Assembly: GCF_009914755.1 (NCBI RefSeq)
Contig: NC_060947.1
Direction: 5' to 3' (one strand)
Length of the DNA: 64,000 nt
Origin: the human T2T-CHM13v2.0 reference genome, Homo sapiens
This document shows, piece after piece, positions 1 to 14,349 of this stretch. The position numbers and the translations under genes were made by a program. Below the pieces are notes generated by a model that saw only the letters and a program-made list of their open reading frames with translations, was not told the DNA's origin and ran no database searches. Position 1 is the first letter of the stretch, and every line of letters begins with the position of its first letter.

Positions 1-127
1 TCTTTTATTTCCTTGAGCAGTGGTTTGTAGTTCTCCTTGAACAGGTCCTTCATATCCCTTGTAAGTTTTATTCCTAGGTATTTTATTCTCTTTGTAGCAA
101 CTGTGAATGGGAGTTCACTTATGATTT
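1..127 (-). mobile_element. L1PA ORF2 fragment, antisense, continuing off the window start
   Basis: ttccttgagcagtggtttgtagttctccttgaa...tgtgaatgggagttcact matches antisense primate L1 ORF2. Confidence 0.85.
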
Positions 128-971
128 ATATGATCAAAATATACCTTTTAAAACTTCAGTTTCTCAACACAGATTGAAAAGACTATTTAAATCTGTCACA
201 TCATTGTTGCTGATGGGTCTTGCCATAAAATTTTCTCTTCAAATTCCCTGACAAGTTTATCCTATGGTAATATCATACACAACAGGTCCAGTGCATTATG
301 ATACTTTATGTAAAGATGCTCCAGATCAAGACCTGCCCATAAGGCTGTGGATGGTAGAGTGGAAGAAATAAGAGCCCCATCCCTATCATAAAAACAGTCT
401 GACAGAATATGACTTAAGTTGTATGTAAGAGGTTGTGAAAACCACAAGCTATAGCCCAACATATAGCATAAAGAATACAAGTATTTTCATTCCCATCCTG
501 GGGGATCAGCAGGCATTAACTATAAGGGAACAGTAAGAATAATACTCAGGATGGAATATTTCACTTTATACAACATCTCATCAAAGTGTACCAAATTTGG
601 ACCCAAATCACCACATACTAGGCATGTTTCTTGCTCTCAGTTGAACTCAAAGTATACTAAGTTGAGGCTAGAAGCAAAAGACAGACATTTGAGGCCTGCT
701 GAGAATTAAGCCAGCCCTTTATTGGAAACATAGAAATAAGAAGGCATACAGCAAAGGGAAAAGGTACACTTATTAGTATAAACCATTTTCTTCTCCCTAA
801 TCTGTGCCCCAGAAAAGGATAGTTTATAAAAGAGCTTAGAGATAAAAAAAATTTATTATAGACAAAATATCACAGCTTGTATAAGAAAGAAGAGTTAGAA
901 CTTGACTTACCAATTCCAAGACTAGTAAGTCAGTTAAGGGAGAGGATTTCACTAATACCTCAAGTCTAGAA

Positions 972-1014
972 ATATATGTATGGTGGGTGTGTGTGTATGT
1001 GTGGGTGTATATAC

Positions 1015-1045
<31 letters not shown>

Positions 1046-1063
1046 TTGATTGATTGATTGATT
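972..1063. repeat. Compound microsatellite (TG)n-(TA)n-(GA)n-(GATT)n
   Basis: Adjacent short tandem repeats visible directly. Confidence 0.95.
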
Positions 1064-1162
1064 GTCTGGCAAAACTGCAGTGGAAATACCTGATTGTACA
1101 TGAGCTAGCATATATGGATGAGGAAAGGTATTTCAGAAGGGTGTTATCATGGCCAGAATGCT

Positions 1163-1316
1163 CACTACGGTTTGAATATGTACCCCAAAGTTTGTTTGTT
1201 GGAAACTTGGTCTCTAATTCAGGGATGTTTTGGTCATGAGGGCACCACCCTCACAAATGGATTAATGCCACAGGAGCAGACTCATTATTGTATTCTGTTA
1301 CAGCAACATAAAGACA
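1163..1316 (+). mobile_element. MST-type MaLR LTR remnant, internally deleted
   Basis: 5' end ctacggtttgaat...ttggaaactt and 3' end gtattctgttacagcaaca resemble MST termini, but the middle is missing. Confidence 0.55.
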
Positions 1317-1564
1317 ATGCTCTATGTTTCTGAGATTAATAGAGATAGCGGTTAGAATGAAAGAAAATGTATTGTTGTGATACACTTGTATCCAATCATA
1401 ACTGTTTGATAATTCATTTGCCAGTAGAGTTTAGAGTATGAGAAAATGGTATCAGATTTTTTCAGCACAGGAGAAAACTAATAAGGGTCAATTGACCAAG
1501 GGCAATAAACATTTTCCACTTATATCCAATACACCCCAGAGGAATTTTGTATGGAGTGGGAGTT

Positions 1565-2022
1565 TGTATTAGTTTCCTAGGGTTGTCATAACAAATTATA
1601 ATTTTTGGCTTAAAACAAGAAATTATTCTCTCATAGTTCTGGAGGCCAGAATTCCGAAATCAAGATGTTAGCAGGGATGGTTCCTGCCGGAAGCGCTGAG
1701 AGAGAATCAATTCCATGCCTCTGTCCTAGCTTTTGGTTACTATTGGCATTTCTTGGCTTATGGTGGCATCACCTCGATTTCTGTATCTGTCTTCACATAG
1801 CTTTTAGTTCTGTCTCTCTGTATCTCAAATCTCTTTTTCTCTCCCATAAGGACACTAGTCATTGGACTTTGGGACCCTCCTAAATCCAGGATGATCTCAG
1901 CTCAAGATTCTTAAATTAATTACATCTGCAAAGACCCTATTTCCAAATAAGGTCACATTTACAGGTACTAGGGGCTAGGTCTTGGACATATATTTTGGGG
2001 GGACACAATTCAACCCACTACA
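1565..2022 (-). mobile_element. MLT1C-like MaLR solo LTR
   Basis: tgtattagtttcctagggttgtcataacaaa ... ggacacaattcaacccactaca are the antisense MLT1 termini. Confidence 0.85.
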
Positions 2023-3017
2023 GATTCTCAGAAAAGGGGAGGTAAATCTTCAACAGCTGTCCAGAGGGGGCCATTCAACAACTGAATTTTTTCTTTTCAA
2101 AGAGCTAGGTATCTGTTGGTGTAGAAGTTCTTAATTTCTTAGGGGCTTGCCTTTTCCAAGGACTTATTACAAAAAAAGAGCTGCTAACTTTAAAAATCTA
2201 CTTTATTAAGAGCTCTGTCCCTGAGGCTGTTACATCTGCATCTCTCTGGTTCTAAGAGTGCATACCTTTATTTTGCCAAGGCTCATATTTTACTTCATAA
2301 CACCTAAAACACAAATCCTAATTTGTCCATACATCCTGGTGTTCTGGAAGTAAACAAGTGTATGGTGGTAACATTATCACCTTAAATAAAACTAAAGGTC
2401 GTTACACAATACATCCAATAATGTCTTCACTTTCTGTTCGTGTGAAGCGGTCTGGCATATAGTAGGTTTTCAATAAACATGTATTAACACTCATAACTGA
2501 ACCATGAATGTAGGTTTAAAGACAGATTACTATGACCACAGCTATAAATCAGATTACTAGGCAGGCTGGGTGATCACACTCAGAAAAGTTACACCCCACT
2601 AGCAAACAAAACCTCTCCCACACCCTACTGCTAAGAACAACATAATCAAGGATGTCAATGACTGCACACAGGAACCAATAAAACTGAACGGTGCTTTTGG
2701 CTACTAAGCTATAGAAACCTCAGGAATATGGAAGAAGGAAAAGTATATCCCAGAATATGGCAGAAAGCCAGGTATAAACATGCCTGGTTACTAGAAATAT
2801 GTTCCTTTCACATTATATTTCATATTGGCAAGACACACCCATTTCCTCCACTGCCAATGACACATGTTATGTATGAATCTAGCATATACACACATTTTAC
2901 TCTGGAATAACAGTATTAAAGGGAAATAGACAATAGTCTTCATAGTTCCTGTTATACTAAAGCCTCAAGAGTTGCATTACCTTCTCAAATAGGATGGCTG
3001 TGATAGAAAACAAAAGT

Positions 3018-3917
3018 TCTGACAAAGGGCTAATATCCAGAATCTACAATGAACTCAAATAAATTTACAAGAAAAAAACAAACAACCCCATCAAAAAGTG
3101 GGAGAAGGATATGAACAGACACTTCTCAAAAGAAGACATTTATGCAGCCAAAAAACACATGAAAAAATGCTCATCATCACTGGCCATCAGAGAAATGCAA
3201 ATCAAAACCACAATGAGATACCATCTCACACCAGTTAGAATGGCAATCATTAAAAAGTCAGGAAACAACAGGTGCTGGAGAGGATGTGGAGAAATAGGAA
3301 CACTTTTACACTGTTGGTGGGACTGTAAACTAGTTCAACCATTGTGGAAGGCAGTGTGGCGATTCTAGAACTAGAAATACCATTTGACCCAGCCATCCCA
3401 TTACTGGGTATACACCCAAAGGATTATAAATCATGCTGCTATAAAGGCATGTGCACACGTATGTTTATTGTGGCACTATTCACAATAGCAAAGACTTGGA
3501 ACCAAGCCAAATGTCCAACAATGATAGACTGGATTACGAAAATGTGGCACATATACACCATGGAATACTATGCAGCCATAAAAAATGATGAATTCATGTC
3601 CTTTGTAGGGACATGGATGAAGCTGGAAACCATCATTCTCAGCAAACGATCGCAAGGACAAAAAACCAAACGCTGCATGTTCTCACTCATAGGTGGGAAT
3701 TGAACAAGGAGAACACATGGACACAGGAAGGGGAACATCACACTCTGGGGACTGTTGTGGGGTGGGGGGAGGGGGGAGGGATCGCATTAGGAGATATACC
3801 TAATGCTAAATGACGAGTTAATGTGTGCAGCACACCAACATGGCACATGTGTACATATGTAACTAACCTGTATATTGTGCACATGTACCCTAAAACTTAA
3901 AGTATAATAATAAAAAA
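3018..3917 (+). mobile_element. 5'-truncated L1PA (about PA3/PA4): ORF2 C-terminus, 3'UTR and A-tail
   Basis: ORFs 3111-3368 and 3344-3703 translate as ORF2p C-terminus ([22 protein letters not shown]); G-rich 3'UTR; TSD AGAAAACAAAA at 3005-3015 and 3918-3928. Confidence 0.97.
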
Positions 3918-4372
3918 AGAAAACAAAACGAAATAGCTCATTATCCCTTTCCTGTAACATTCTGTGACATAAACCAAAACATTCTCTATTCCATACGCTG
4001 CAAGTCTTAAATGCAGGAGAAACTCTACAGAGTCCCTTATCAAACTCCTGTCATTTTCTCTTGGGTGTAAATAACAATAAAGAAGAAGACCTAATCACTC
4101 CTTTATAACTATATGATTTATGGGATAGCTCTTCTTATGGCTTCTGTGTAAGTAAAAATGTGTAAAAAATTAAATGAGCCCACGTTAACCTGGTGAAGAA
4201 AATTGCTTGCCTGGTATTGAAAAATGCCCTTCTGCATTACCTAGGCTGCACTGTAAACACTTGGGCTTTCCTTTGGAATGCTTGCAGATCAAAACAGATT
4301 GACTAGAAAAGTTACTGATCCATAGCTAGAAGGCAACAAAATGTAATCAAATGTTCCCATGCCCAAGAAAAG

Positions 4373-4392
4373 TGTGTGTGTGTGTGTGTGTG
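4373..4392. repeat. (TG)n microsatellite
   Basis: Direct observation. Confidence 0.9.
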
Positions 4393-5322
4393 TTGGGGGT
4401 AGATGGTGATACTTGATTGAGCCCTATAGATCCTGCTGAGAAAGTGGTGTAATGAAACACAAATTATCCTGCCTTTGAGCAATAAACTGGAGGGCTGACA
4501 CCTTAACTTGCCTGTTTCTAGGTGTGTTCCTCTTTCTAGCAATTAACCATGATAGTTTTATTATGGTCCACAGAACAGCTAATCAATAGGGTGGGATGCT
4601 AGTTACAGTCCACAGCTGGCTCTGTGTGCCTGCAAAAGGCCCACGATTTCGCTCCCAGCTGTTCAGTCTAATCCATTTATGGTTGTTTATGGCTCACAGT
4701 CAGAGGAATCTTCTATTTACAGCTCATTCATCATTCTTAACATTTTCACAAATCCAGGCCGAATGCTTTGAGGATGGGAAATAAACCCAGACTTCCCCAG
4801 TCCCCTTTGCTTTCTCAGCATATTGAATTTCCTTCTTCCTCTGAAAGGCTCACGAACCATATTTTGTTACACTCCAAAATTACATAAAACTTGTTTCACC
4901 TGACCCATGAGATTATGCTACTAGAAATTTAAAAGGCAAATATATAACTCTAATTTCTATTGTGCTTTACAGGAAGCTATATTGTTCTAAAGTGAGAGTC
5001 CTAGTTCTTTGGGAATGGGATAGGGTGGCCACGAGTGAAAGTCAATAACCAGTTGCAAATATTGCTACAATATTTATGGAAAACCAGACCAGAGAATGAA
5101 TATCACGTAAGAGTATCACCAATATGGTATCAACTAAGTCTCCCAAGGTAGGCCAAGTCCAGTCCTTTCCCCCTTTTTTGAGCATGGAGTACCATCACAT
5201 TACCATCTCTATGTGTATCATTATTGACAATAAACCATAGAATTTTCAGATCCATTCTTATTGAAACAAGTGCTCCCAAAGCTGGTTGAGAAATTTTGAT
5301 AAAACTCCTAAGTCAAATTTGT

Positions 5323-5900
5323 CTTACTGGGGGGAAAATGCAGTTCTATGTCACCCAGGAATCAATGTCCTCCAGCCGAAGATCACCAGAAACACAACTT
5401 TAGTCAAACAAATTTAAGTGTATTGATTCTTTTCAATTAGGAAACACACATCATGGGGAATCATGGGGATTTTTCAGTGAAAGGAGCTTGTTGCAGGATT
5501 TGGGCTTATGTCGGGTTACTCTGAGGAGAGTTTAAGTTAAGTATGGTTTTGCTCTGGATTAGGTTCTCTTAGGAAGTAGTGATAATTCTATGCTTATCAA
5601 TAATTTTTATTGAGGGGACATGAGGAATGCAGTGGGGCTAAAACTATAATTGATGAAGAAGTAACAGCAGCTCATATTCACCAGGGTTGGGGGGCATTTG
5701 GTCATCTCAATAGTTTGGGAATTGTTTTTGTCTGCATTCAGACATGATTACAAAGTAGTCTTGTTTTGTCTTGCTTTCTCATGGTAGCAGAGTGACCTTG
5801 TTTGATGTTACTGTACCGAGAAATTTTTATGTCCAACAAACAGAACACCAAGGTCCACCTGTGAGTGCCTTGCTAGCCCTAAGCAGGTATCAGTCAGGGA
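5323..5900 (-). mobile_element. ERVL-type solo LTR, probably MER76
   Basis: Reverse strand ggcactcacaggtggaccttggtgttct...aaggtcactctg...caagacaaaacaagactac...gtaatcatgtctgaa resembles the recalled MER76 consensus. Confidence 0.5.
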
Positions 5901-6564
5901 CCACAATTTTCTATCTCCTAGGTTTTGTAGAGGAAATAGAACCGTCATGCCCAAAGGCAATGGTAAAGTCAAGCTCCCTCCAACCCCCCAAAAAAGGTAT
6001 GCACCACTGTACCTGGCACAAAGTATAGCTCATGCTCTCTGGAGAAATCCTCCCGTTTACATTGTCTCTGAAAAATTAACACAGTTGTTTCTAGTTTCTA
6101 TAGCTATGATTTCTCAGGACTTGTTTCTGGCCGCTGCTAAGAGCTTCTATTTACCTGATTTTTTTTTTTTTTTTTTTTTTTTTTGTAGAATTAAGCCAAA
6201 GAGTAAAAATATAAATAATTAAAAGGTACATGTCAAAAATATTAATAAATCACATTTTAAAATTAGAAAGAGTAAAGTTTTTTCCTCATACTTATTCTAC
6301 TTCAAAGAACTTTATACTCCTATAAGTGTTTTAGTACTGCTTACAACATTCCTTATTAAACCTATAGCAATGAGAAAGATACGGACACCTAAGAGTGAGT
6401 ATTTCAGGGGAAAATACTGAAAAAACAATCCCCACCCTGGATACATCTATCCCAGGATTCCGGTACTGAGCTTTACTGCCCATTTTATAAAAAAAAATTC
6501 TCATCTTCCCTGACATCATTCTTGTATTAAATAAGTATGTATTAAATACCTAATACACACAAGA

Positions 6565-8100
6565 ACAGACTCCACTTTCATCAGTGTGGCAGAATAGATC
6601 ATCTGAAAAGCCTTCTCCTTTAAAACATTTACATTGTGGATAAACCACAACAAATATAGTTTTAAATGCATTGCTGAACTCATGAGAAATAAAGGAAATC
6701 CTGAAGGGGAGAGGGCAGAGATGATGAGAAAGAGAAGTAGAATGCAAGAGAGAGAGGGAGAGAAAGGCTAAAACCAGACCAGTAAGCAAAAGCAAAAACC
6801 GGGGTTAGCTCAGGGACTATGCAGATACCAGAAACCCAGATTAGAGGATTAGTGTATTCCCTAGCTACTGAAATTAGGCCTTGGGCTAAAGCAAGAGCAA
6901 ATTGAGCACCTAAATTGAAACCACTGCCCAGCCATGAGGAAGATCACACCCTTAGTGAACACTATGAATTTTAAAAACAAACAAACAAACGAACAAAAAT
7001 ACTGCCTGACAGCAAAGGAAACCTATGAGAAAAACTGCCTCTTTTTCTGTAGTTCCAGATGTGGATAAATGATCTCTCCTGAGATTGCTAGCAATAGGCC
7101 TACCCTCAGTTACGTCTGGGGTTTACATTTATACTATCCTCAGGAAACTCCAAAACAAGAAGTAAGATTAAAGATGTCTCAAGTTGGTAACAACTCTTTG
7201 CACCTAGAAGAAGCAAACACAAAACCCTCTGGAAGAAAGCATCATTAATTGCAGGCCCTTAGAACTCATACAAAATAAATTTAGCCAAAGTAAAACCATA
7301 CTTAGAAGTAGCAGAAACAAGAAAAAATACTTATTTCATCTCTCAAACATTTTAGATATTAAAATTTTATGATACAGGACAAAACAGGAAGATTTGCAAA
7401 GGAACAAGGTAGAATACCTATAACTTAAAATATGAATGAAATTAAAAACTCAGTGGATAGGTTAAACAAAAGATTGGATAAAGCTGAAGAGACTAAGTGA
7501 ACTGGAAGATTAAATAGAAATAAATACCCACAATTAAATTAAAAGACACAAAATGTAGAAAATATGAAATAGAAATTTAAAAATATAGAAGGTATAAGTG
7601 GGATGTCTGAATGTATGTCTACTTAAGGCTCTAGAAAGACAGAATGAAGAAAATAGTGGAAGCAATAAAGAGATAACGGCTGAGAAGATTCCACAATTAA
7701 TGACAGACATGTATCTTCTGCTTTGGGAAAAACAATATATCCCAAGTACACTTAAATACATTGTGGTGAGATGGTAAAACACCAAAGACAGAGAAAATAT
7801 TTTAAATGCAGTCACAGAGAAGGGAACATAGATGACCTACGAAGGCATTTATACTGTGAATGGGATTCTCCACAGCAACAATAAACTCAAGAAGAAAGTA
7901 AAACATCTTCAAAGAGCTGAGGAAAACAAATGGATCTAGAACTGTATCTGTGTCAAAACTATCTTTTAAGAATGAGAGCAAAATTTTAACAAAAATTGCG
8001 TGTACCATTATCAAACCCTTTCTAAAACAAATTGTAGAAGATGTTCTTCAGGAAGAAAGCAAATTAACCCCAAAGTATTTCTGAGTTACAAGAGAGAATA
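6565..8100 (+). mobile_element. Ancient L1ME/HAL1 5' region and decayed ORF1
   Basis: A-rich strand with ORF1-like remnants: gaaattaaaaactcagtggataggttaaac...gaactggaagat and gctgagaagattccacaattaatg. Confidence 0.7.
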
Positions 8101-8102
8101 GT

Positions 8103-9040
8103 GAGGAGGATGTCAGCAAGAAGGAAAATTAGAAGGTCCCAGCTCCAGTTCCCTTCACAAAAATACTGACAGCAGCAACTATCCCCAGCCAAGAATACCT
8201 TTGTGAAAATTTCAGAACCCGAAAGAGACTGAAGTACCTCCATGGAGCTAAAAAAAAAACAGGAAAAGCGGCATTAGAAGGCTAAAAGGAGTGGTTTTAC
8301 ACTGACCACTCACCTCTTCTCCAGGCCACACCATGAGACACCAAGAAGAATCCTCTGGAGCTGTGGTTTCTCCAACAGAGAAAAGAGAGTTCGAGGTGGA
8401 CATCCATCTTCCTCAGAATTCTGGGGCACTCCCAGGGAGGCCCACTTCTGTCTCGCTCCATGGAGAACACTATGTGAATTGGCAAGACTAGCTAGACCAC
8501 CTGGAATCAGCAGGGAACAAAGAAGGACAGGGGAAAGGGCTCACAGCAACCAGTCTTTGGATCTTGGTGGTGGTACTGTGTCCCTGCTAGAGGCCTCACC
8601 CAACCAGAGATCCCAGACCAAGGCTCTGCCCACATGCAGAGCCAACCCAGTGGCCCCATCTGCCCAGGGAGCAAGGTTGGCTGTTCTTCCTAGCTGGGGT
8701 CCCTAGCTAGTAGTCTGGCCCAGCCACAGAACACAGAAGGTGGTCCCACCTTGTCCGGAAGCCCAGCCAGCAACCTTGCCCAACTGCAGGGTATATAGCT
8801 TGTCATTCGGTTCAACTGTGAAGCCTGGCCAGCAACCCTGCTGAACCACCCAGGACAACCAGTGACCCCACCCAACTGTGGAGCACAGCTTGAGGCCCTG
8901 CCTGAACATGGAGTCCAGTCAGTGACACCACCTGTCCAGGGATCACAGAGATCACAGGGATCTCCTGCAGTCCAGAGAAGATTGCAGAGCCCAGCCTGTG
9001 ACCCCACCCAATCATGGAGCCCACCCAGCAGCAGCACCAG
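8103..9040 (+). mobile_element. L1M (L1MA-age) 5'UTR with degenerate internal tandem units
   Basis: Starts gaggaggatgtcagcaaga; GC-richer than flanks; repeated ccagcaaccttgcccaac / gtgaccccacccaa units; similar start to 31747. Confidence 0.7.
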
Positions 9041-11520
9041 ACAATGAAGCGGAGTCAGTGAAATTAAATAAACCCACTCATATATGTTCACCTAATATTT
9101 GACATGCAGAAGAATGAAACTGAACTCCTATCTGTCACCACTTATACAAATTGATTCAAAGTGGATGTCTTATGTAAGACCTGAAACTGTGAAACTACTA
9201 GAAAATAAAACATAAGGGAAACACTTCATGACATTGGACTGGAAGAGTATTTTTTGAATAAGACCTCAATAGAACAGGCAACGAAAGAGAAAAATAGATA
9301 AATGGGATTACATCAAACCAAAAGGCTTCTGCACAGCAAAAGTGTTGCAGGAAGTCAGGGACCCCAAACGGAGGGACCAGCTGAAGCCATGACAGAAGAA
9401 TGTGGATTGTGAAGATTTTATGGACATTTATTAGTTCCCCAAATTAATACTTTTGTAATTTCTTATGCCTGTCTTTACTGCAATCTCTAAACATAAATTG
9501 TAAAGATTTCATGGACTCTTATCACTTCCCCAATCAATATCCTTGTGATTTCCTATGCTTGTCTTTACTTTAATCTCTTAATTCTGTCAGTTGAGGAGGA
9601 TGTATATCCTTCCAGGACCCTGTAATAATTGCGTTAACTACACAAATTGTACAGCATGTGTGTTTGAGCAATATGAAATGTGGGCACCCTGAAAAAAGAA
9701 CAGGATAACAGCAATTGTTCAGGGAATAAGAGAGATAACCTTAAACTCTGACTGTCGGTGAGCCGGGCAGAACAGAGCCATATTTCTCTTCTTTCAAAAG
9801 CAAATGGGAGAAATATCACTGAATTCCTTTTCTCAGCATGGAACGTCCCTGAGAAAGAGAATGCGCACCTAGGGGTAGGTCTCTGAACTGGCCCCCCCGG
9901 GGCGTACCTGTCTCTTATGGTCGAGATTGCAGAGGTGAAATAAACTCCAGTCTCCCATAGCGCTCCCAGGCTTATTAGGAAGAAGAAATTCCCGCCTAAT
10001 AAACTTTGGTCAGACCGGTTGATCTCAAAACCCTGTCTCCTGATAAGATGTTATCAATGACAATGATGCCCGAAACTTCATTAGCAATTTTAATTTCGCC
10101 TCCATCCTGTGGTCCTGTGATCTGGCCCTGCCTCCACTTGCCTTGTGATATTCTATTACCTTGTTAAGTACTTGATGTCTGTCACCCACACCTATTCGTA
10201 TACTCCCTCCCCTTTTGAAACTCCCTAATAAAAACTTGCTGGTTTTTGTGGCTTGTGGGGCATCACAGATCCTACCAATGTGTGATGTCTCCCCCGGACG
10301 CCCAGCTTTAAAATTTCTCTCTTTTGTACCCTGTCCTTTTATTTCTCAAGTCAGTCGACGCTTAGGAAAATAGAAAAGAACCTACATGATTATCGGGGCA
10401 GGTCCCCCGATACAAAAGAAACAATCAATAGAGTGAAGAAACAACTTACAGAATGGGAAAAACTATTTGTAAACTATGCACTGGACAAGGGATTAATATC
10501 AAGAATATGTAAGGAACTCAACTCAAAAGCCAACGAAAAAATCAAATAATCTGATTTAAAAATGGGCAAAAGTTCTGAATAGACATTTCTCAAAATAAGA
10601 CATACAAGTGGCCAACAGGTATAAGAGAAATGCTCAGCATCACTATCAGAAAAATGCAATTCAAAACCACATTGAGGTACCACCTCACAACTCTTAGGAT
10701 GGCTATTATCAAAAAGACAAAATAAAGATGCTGCAAGGAGAGAGAGAAAGAGGAACTCTTATACACTGTTGGTAGAAATTTAAATTAGTGCAGCAATTAT
10801 GGACAACAGTATGGAGGTTCCTCAAAAAATTAAAAATAGAACTACAATATGATCACACAATTCCACTATTGGGTATAAGAAAATGAAATTAACATGTCAA
10901 ATATATATGTGTACCCCCATGTTTATTATATCACTATTTACAAATTGCCAAGATATGGAATCAACCTAAGTGTCCATCAACAAATGAATGGATTAAAAAA
11001 TCCACATACACAATGGAATACTATTCAGTCACAAAAGAATGAAATCCTGTCATCTGTGACAAGATGGATGAACCTAGAGAACATTATGTTAAGTGAAATA
11101 AGCCAAGTAGAAAAGGACAAATAGCATATTATCCCATTTGTATGTGGAATCTGAAAATGTTAATCTCATGGAAGTAGAGAGTAGAATAGTGGATACTAGA
11201 GGATAGGCAGGGTATGGGGGAGGGGCAATGAGAAAAGGTTGGTCAACAGGTACAAAATTATAGTTGTATAGGTGGAATAATTCTAGTATTCTATTGCCCA
11301 GTAGAGTGACTATAGTTAAGAACAGTGTATATTTCAAAACAGCTAGAAGACGGAATTTTGAATATTCTCACCACAAAGAAATGACCAGTGGCTTGAAGAA
11401 ATGGATATGTTAATTACTCTGATTTGATCATTGTACAATGTGTACATGCATTGAAACAGCACATTTTACCCCATAAATATGTACAATTAACATGTGTCAA
11501 TTAAAAATGAAATATAACCT
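9041..11520 (+). mobile_element. L1MA (about MA5-7) late ORF2 and 3'UTR, split by a MER11 LTR
   Basis: ORF2 motifs (aatgggattacatcaaac, ttctgcacagcaaaag|aaacaatcaatagagtg) and L1MA 3' end (accccataaatatgtacaatt...tcaattaaaa). Confidence 0.9.
9343..10412 (+). mobile_element. MER11-type (probably MER11C) HERV-K11/HML-8 solo LTR
   Basis: Starts TGTTGCAGGAAGTCAGGGACCCC and ends GGTCCCCCGATA; 1070 bp; 6-bp TSD CAAAAG at 9337-9342 and 10413-10418; AATAAA at 10227-10232. Confidence 0.93.
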
Positions 11521-11530
11521 TAAAAATTTA

Positions 11531-11863
<333 letters not shown>

Positions 11864-11959
11864 TCATAATAAAAGTTATATTTAGAGACAATTCAAGCAT
11901 ATATGTTTTTGAGAATAAGATATATATCTAGTACTTTCAGTAATAAAACATTGTCATCA

Positions 11960-12360
11960 CCTAATAATAATAATAATCACTAATTATGGAGATTACAATT
12001 AACTCAAATACTGGACAATAACAGTATGTAAGGCTGGAGGGGGTAATGGGAGGAAAACTGTTGTAAGATCTATGTATTGTTTGGTGTTAAGGGGTTAAAG
12101 ATACTAATTATGTTTAGAATTATTTGATAAGTATACATGATGATACTTTAAGGTGAATCATTTATACAGAACTAAGGGTATAATTTTCAAACAAGTAGAA
12201 GGGACGAAATGATTTTTTTAAACAGTCAATCCAAAAGAAAGCAAAAGAAAAAAAAAGAGAGAGAAAATAAGCATAGAAAAAGTAGGACAAATAGAAGGTT
12301 TAAAATAAGATGGTAAAAATTTATCCAAATTGATCAGTAATCACAATAAAAGTACACAAT
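11960..12360 (+). mobile_element. L1ME fragment, probably the continuation of 6565-8100
   Basis: A-rich, ending aaaataagatggtaaaaatttatccaaat...cagtaatcacaataaa, as near the start of L1ME ORF2. Confidence 0.55.
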
Positions 12361-12928
12361 GTAATGAAACAAAGTATTTTAGGAATACAAAGTAATTATA
12401 AGAAACATGCATGTTGTCCTCAGTTATTTATTCTAGACTTGTCGTTGACCTGTTTATGTCTCATTTTGGATTGTTTTCTGACTCACTGACTTATCAGAGT
12501 ACAGAGCTCAGTAAGTTTGTCTCCTGCTGTGTGAGGAAGGTTTGCTTTTCATTTATCCTAAAATGACCTTTTGAGACTCAAGAGATATCCACTGAGGACT
12601 AGTACTCTGGGGGTTGAAAATAATTGTTTGATTCCCCTTTTCAACTGCTTCATGATTCCATAGACATCAATCTTACTGCCTCTCAGCTTTCCCCTTATGT
12701 ATGTGTTCTGTCCGGAGAGTTAGATGCCCACTCCAACTCCATCTCATTTTGGGAACCAGGGAAATAACTCAGATGTTGAATCTTTGAGTAATATTCAAGT
12801 TCAGAAAATGAAGCCTCATAAATCTCAGAAACAAATATGTCAATTACAGAGACGATTTCAGCCACCAAATAAATAAATAAAACACAATTAGTCAGACTGG
12901 TTTCTTATATAATTTCTTCTAGAAAGGT

Positions 12929-13233
<305 letters not shown>

Positions 13234-14349
13234 CCACTCCTCTTTGATCTAAGAAATCACTAAGGAAATTTTTAAAGATACTTTTTGTTGGTTCTGTATG
13301 GTAATAACGAAAATATTCTAGGTTAAAAAATACTGTATTTAGGCCAGTATATTATTATACATTTTAGTGTGAAAATTATTTCTAACAAAATGTTTAACTA
13401 TAATCATAATTTAATAAATAAGTGACGATAATTAGCTTGTGTAAAATTAGCATAAAATCAACCTATAAATTCCTAAATGATATACTGTTTTCAGTTTTGG
13501 AAACCAGTTGTTTATACCAAGGAAAGTTGAACTGTTGCTAAATACTAAAGATTAAATGAGATAAAGGATAGAAAAGTGGTTGTCCAAACATTAAGTGCTA
13601 TCAAATGAAGATGGTTAATATAATTATGTTTATTAAAGAGGTACATAAACATTGTTGAGCAGAAATTGATGGCTCTGGAAATAGGACATATATAATAAGA
13701 ACATGGGAAACAAAGCTTCATTAACCAGTTGGATCATCACCACCACCACTATCAAATATCATTTTGTAACAGTGTAGTTCCAGAATACATGTTCCCCTCA
13801 GAAACCCCGAAATTTCAGCAGCTTGCAGAGTAAGACCTCAACTCAGCTAATGCTCTATTGGCAACACAATATCTTCTAATACTCTTTCATGTTCAAGTGC
13901 TATAATTTGCATTTTAAAAAGTCTGTACCTGCTTTTACTGCAGTAAATACAACACAAAAGTCTACCATACCTTTATAGGAGCCTTTATTTACCTAGCATT
14001 AGTTATCCTTGATAAATTCGAACATGTTCTTAGAAGAGATAGGTTTTTAGTTGCAACTCGTGTAATGAAAAGAATCAGAGACAACGCAGGATACTGATTG
14101 TGTCATGGAAGTGTCACCATTCTTTCTGAGAGCCACCATAAGCTGAGGCACAGCAGTAAAATGCTTGAGGGACCCTGGCTGATCCCATCATAGCTGGATG
14201 GTAGTTTGCTCTTCGATTTGTCATTTCTTGTTTTCCTACGTTTTAACGTGGTGCTTTGTTGATACCATATTGCCACTTTCTTCCTTTTCAATTTCCCTCA
14301 CCCATTTCATATACCATTGTCCTCTTTTATGAGAAATTCCTTTTCTGAG

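Noticed and set aside
3111-3703. ORFs with clear protein-like sequence (also 44728-45048 and 52777-53028)
   Set aside because: They are C-terminal L1 ORF2p fragments in truncated elements with small frameshifting deletions, not genes.
3759-3780. G-quadruplex motif
   Set aside because: Standard G-rich tract of the L1PA 3'UTR.
9405-9570. About 90-bp internal duplication in the LTR
   Set aside because: As I recall, it is part of the MER11 consensus rather than locus-specific.
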